From contig NZ_AP013043.1 in assembly GCF_016592615.1 (NCBI RefSeq), positions 1,200,001 to 1,232,000 of the forward strand: DNA of 32,000 bases, read 5' to 3'. The first letter of the stretch is position 1; every line of letters begins with the position of its first letter. A program made the position numbers and the translations under genes. This document shows positions 29,896 to 32,000 of this stretch, piece after piece. The DNA is from Isorropodon fossajaponicum endosymbiont JTNG4. GTDB taxonomy: Bacteria > Pseudomonadota > Gammaproteobacteria > PS1 > Pseudothioglobaceae. The notes beneath the pieces were generated by a model, which was given only the letters and a program-made list of their open reading frames with translations, searched no databases and had not been told where the DNA came from.

Positions 29896-30714
29896 TTAGA
29901 GTTTACGACCCCAGTGTAATTTAGAGCGAATAATCTCAAAATAATCATAATCCTTTGGGTGTAATAAATGAATAAAACTACTGTGCTGTCGCACACGAAT
30001 ATCTTGGCCGGCTTTAATAGCAACTGAAGTTTGCCCATCAAAACTAGCAATCGCGCCATCATCTGAATCTTTCACTTGAATCACCACCTCACTATCACCT
30101 GGTACTAACAAAGGACGATGGCTCATGGTATGTGGACAAATTGATACCAAGCCAATAGCATTCACACCTGGGTGCATAATAGGGCCGCCACTGGACAACG
30201 CATAAGCAGTTGATCCTGTTGGCGTGGTAATAATCAAACCATCAGCACGTTGATTGTTGACAAATTTATCATCAATATAAACATCAAATTCAACCATTTT
30301 TAAATGCTCTTTTCGATGAATAACTACATCGTTTAATGCCAAAAAGTTGTCTAATGTTTCGTTGTTCTGCTCTATTTGGCAAGACAGCAGACAGCGTTCC
30401 TCTTTGGTGTATTCACCATTTAAAACCTCAGAAACGATATCAAACATGCTTGTTAATGGCACATCTGCCAAAAAGCCTAGCCACCCCAAATTAATGCCCA
30501 AAATTGGAATATTGTTATCAACAAAACTGCGCGCTGTATTAAGCAACGAGCCATCACCACCCAAAACAATAATCAAATCCGCTTGCTGGGCAATGCTTTT
30601 ATCGTCAAATACTACACCCACGCCTTTTTTTGATAAAAATTCATTCAACTCAATAGCTGTGCCTTCACTCACAGAATCGTTAGGTTTGGTAATAATGCCA
30701 ATTGTGTTAAACAT
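29896..30714 (-). CDS. nadK: NAD kinase
   Basis: 272 aa. GGDGSLL motif, followed by ..INLG.LGFL.. and ..ADGLIITTPTGSTAYALSSGGPI... Its stop is 3 nt upstream of the recN start. Confidence 0.95.
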   Translation of the reverse strand: MFNTIGIITKPNDSVSEGTAIELNEFLSKKGVGVVFDDKSIAQQADLIIVLGGDGSLLNTARSFVDNNIPILGINLGWLGFLADVPLTSMFDIVSEVLNGEYTKEERCLLSCQIEQNNETLDNFLALNDVVIHRKEHLKMVEFDVYIDDKFVNNQRADGLIITTPTGSTAYALSSGGPIMHPGVNAIGLVSICPHTMSHRPLLVPGDSEVVIQVKDSDDGAIASFDGQTSVAIKAGQDIRVRQHSSFIHLLHPKDYDYFEIIRSKLHWGRKL

Positions 30715-30732
30715 ATTTGTTAATCATTAAGA

Positions 30733-30760
30733 TTGAATTCTTTAAAATAGTCACCATATA
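30733..30760 (+). promoter_or_regulatory. Candidate sigma32 (heat-shock) promoter for grpE
   Basis: aTTGAAt (-35, 30733-30738), a 13-nt spacer, then CACCATATA (30752-30760). The E. coli sigma32 consensus is CTTGAAA-N13-15-CCCCATNTA. It lies 78 nt upstream of the grpE ATG. Confidence 0.5.
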
Positions 30761-30837
30761 ATCAAGCATCTTGTGGATAGTTTTGATTTTACCCGTAATC
30801 AGCACTTCTAATAAATATACATGAATTAAGCAGCAAA

Positions 30838-31389
30838 ATGACAAAAAAGAAACCAGAAAATAAGAACCAAAAAAAAAAAGAGGATATTGAGGTCGCCATT
30901 CAAGCCGCCTCACAAATGCCTAAAGAAGATGACTTGCAAGAACAGCTGATCCAAGCGCAACAGTCTGCTAAAGATAACTGGGGCAAACTTTTAAGGTCTC
31001 AAGCAGAAATGGAGAACCTCAAACGCCGCAATGCTAAAGACGTTGAAAATGCGCACAAGTTTGCACTGGATGGCTTTGTCAAAGCATTACTTGAGGTCAA
31101 AGACTCGTTAAGTATGGGCATTAAAACTGCACAAGAAGAAAAAGCCACTGTTAAGCATATTGTTGAAGGGCTAGAAATGACCAATAAAGTTTTTCTCTCA
31201 ACCTTAGAAAAATTTGGTGTAGAAATAATTAACCCAGAAGGTGAAACCTTTAACCCTGAATTACACGAAGCCGTTACCATGATACCCATGCTAGACAAAG
31301 ACTCAAATTCTGTTTTAGAAGTCATACAATTTGGCTTTACTTTAAATGGCCGCTTAGTTCGCCCAGCGATGGTGGTGGTGGTCCAATAG
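30838..31389 (+). CDS. grpE: Nucleotide exchange factor GrpE
   Basis: 183 aa. ..[39 protein letters not shown].. and the C-terminal ..F.P..HEA......V..V...G..L.GR..RPAMV.V. Confidence 0.94.
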   Translation: MTKKKPENKNQKKKEDIEVAIQAASQMPKEDDLQEQLIQAQQSAKDNWGKLLRSQAEMENLKRRNAKDVENAHKFALDGFVKALLEVKDSLSMGIKTAQEEKATVKHIVEGLEMTNKVFLSTLEKFGVEIINPEGETFNPELHEAVTMIPMLDKDSNSVLEVIQFGFTLNGRLVRPAMVVVVQ

Positions 31390-31852
31390 GCGATAAGTTT
31401 CTATAGCCCAAACACAAGTCTCCACTAACAAAGTGTAGGTAATAAGATGGCTTATTGCTCACATCAAGTTTATAACGTAGATTGGTTAAGCTGGTTACAA
31501 ATTTTGCTAGATACCGCCCATCTTGGTATTTATACCGCACTTAAATAAAGCATCCAGCCATGCTTATAATTTGAATTTACTTCTAATAAAATATTGTGGT
31601 TTCACGCGTACTATTTTATTTTTTATTACGTTGCCATATTCCCTATAACAACGGTTGTAAGCAACACCACCCTTTGTTTATTTCAACTTAAAGCGTTATA
31701 TGTCTAAATCTACTAGATAGTGGTAAATAAATTCGCCCTTATGCGGTGTCAATATTTAAGGTACAAAACACATCCCTAGGCAAATGTACAAATGTTTGTA
31801 GTGATACTGCTATGTAGACATTGTCTGTGTTTATTATTTTTTATCCAACACG

Positions 31853-31875
31853 CCTTTCTAATAAATTTAGAAAGG
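31853..31875. repeat. Inverted repeat CCTTTCTAA-taaat-TTAGAAAGG (9-bp arms)
   Basis: Read directly, in the ORF-free AT-rich stretch downstream of grpE. Function unknown. Confidence 0.5.
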
Positions 31876-32000
31876 AAATATTGATATGAAATTTACAAGT
31901 TAGATCTAGAGATAAGCACTATAGAATGGTAAAACTAATCAATCATTACAATACGGAAACCAACTTCATCTGATTTTTCAGACTTGTTGGGTATATACTG

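Noticed and set aside
29893-29900. LexA/SOS box upstream of recN
   Set aside because: recN starts 3 nt after the nadK stop, which leaves no room for an operator. No CTGT-N8-ACAG motif was seen in the nadK 3' end.
28505-30730. Plus-strand ORFs 28505-28828, 29644-29847 and 30347-30730, and minus-strand ORF 29877-30062
   Set aside because: They are antisense to or out of frame within recN and nadK. Their composition mirrors the opposite-strand codons.
30772-30780. DnaA-box-like TGTGGATAG, and the possibility of oriC near rpmH or grpE
   Set aside because: It is a single near-consensus box. I saw no cluster of TTATCCACA-type boxes or AT-rich 13-mers in 13469-13554 or elsewhere in the window.
30785-30810. 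CIRCE (HrcA operator) upstream of grpE
   Set aside because: Only a poor left half-site (aTcAGCACTtC) is present and there is no GAGTGCTAA right half. The sigma32-type promoter is a better match.
31337-31540. 67-aa minus-strand ORF overlapping the grpE 3' end
   Set aside because: It overlaps grpE antisense, has no RBS and its translation is not protein-like. It is probably a chance ORF.

Overview
This is an AT-rich chromosomal segment. Gene content and order are gammaproteobacterial. The intact sulfide:quinone oxidoreductase gene and the overall gene set suggest a sulfur-oxidising, possibly host-associated lineage of the SUP05/Thioglobaceae type, but that is inference only. Intact core genes are trpB, trpF, topA, smg, rpmH-rnpA-yidD-yidC, ampD, the full atpIBEFHAGDC operon, sqr, nadK-recN and grpE. 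I recognised no rRNA, tRNA or CRISPR array. The main result is how many accessory or dispensable genes are visibly broken while the core genes stay intact. (1) A four-gene module (cytochrome b561, DUF1924-like c-type cytochrome, diheme cytochrome c, membrane LuxR-type regulator) is frameshifted throughout. (2) A class II Fic gene sits between trpF and trpB and is split by one frameshift. (3) A ~3.2 kb DpnII/MboI-type (GATC-family) restriction-modification island lies between the trpF operon and topA. Its Dam-like methylase has an in-frame TAG and a lost C-terminus, and its second methylase has lost the catalytic-motif region, yet the endonuclease ORF is still full length. (4) dprA is reduced to its last ~110 codons and abuts rpmH. 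(5) kdsC is interrupted by an IS256-family element whose own transposase has two single-base indels. (6) A small MGMT/Ogt-type gene has ATA where its ATG should be. The most unusual item is the RM island: intact nuclease, dead methylases, an unexplained 115-aa ORF and an oddly placed HTH gene. All family assignments come from reading motifs by eye. No database search was possible.
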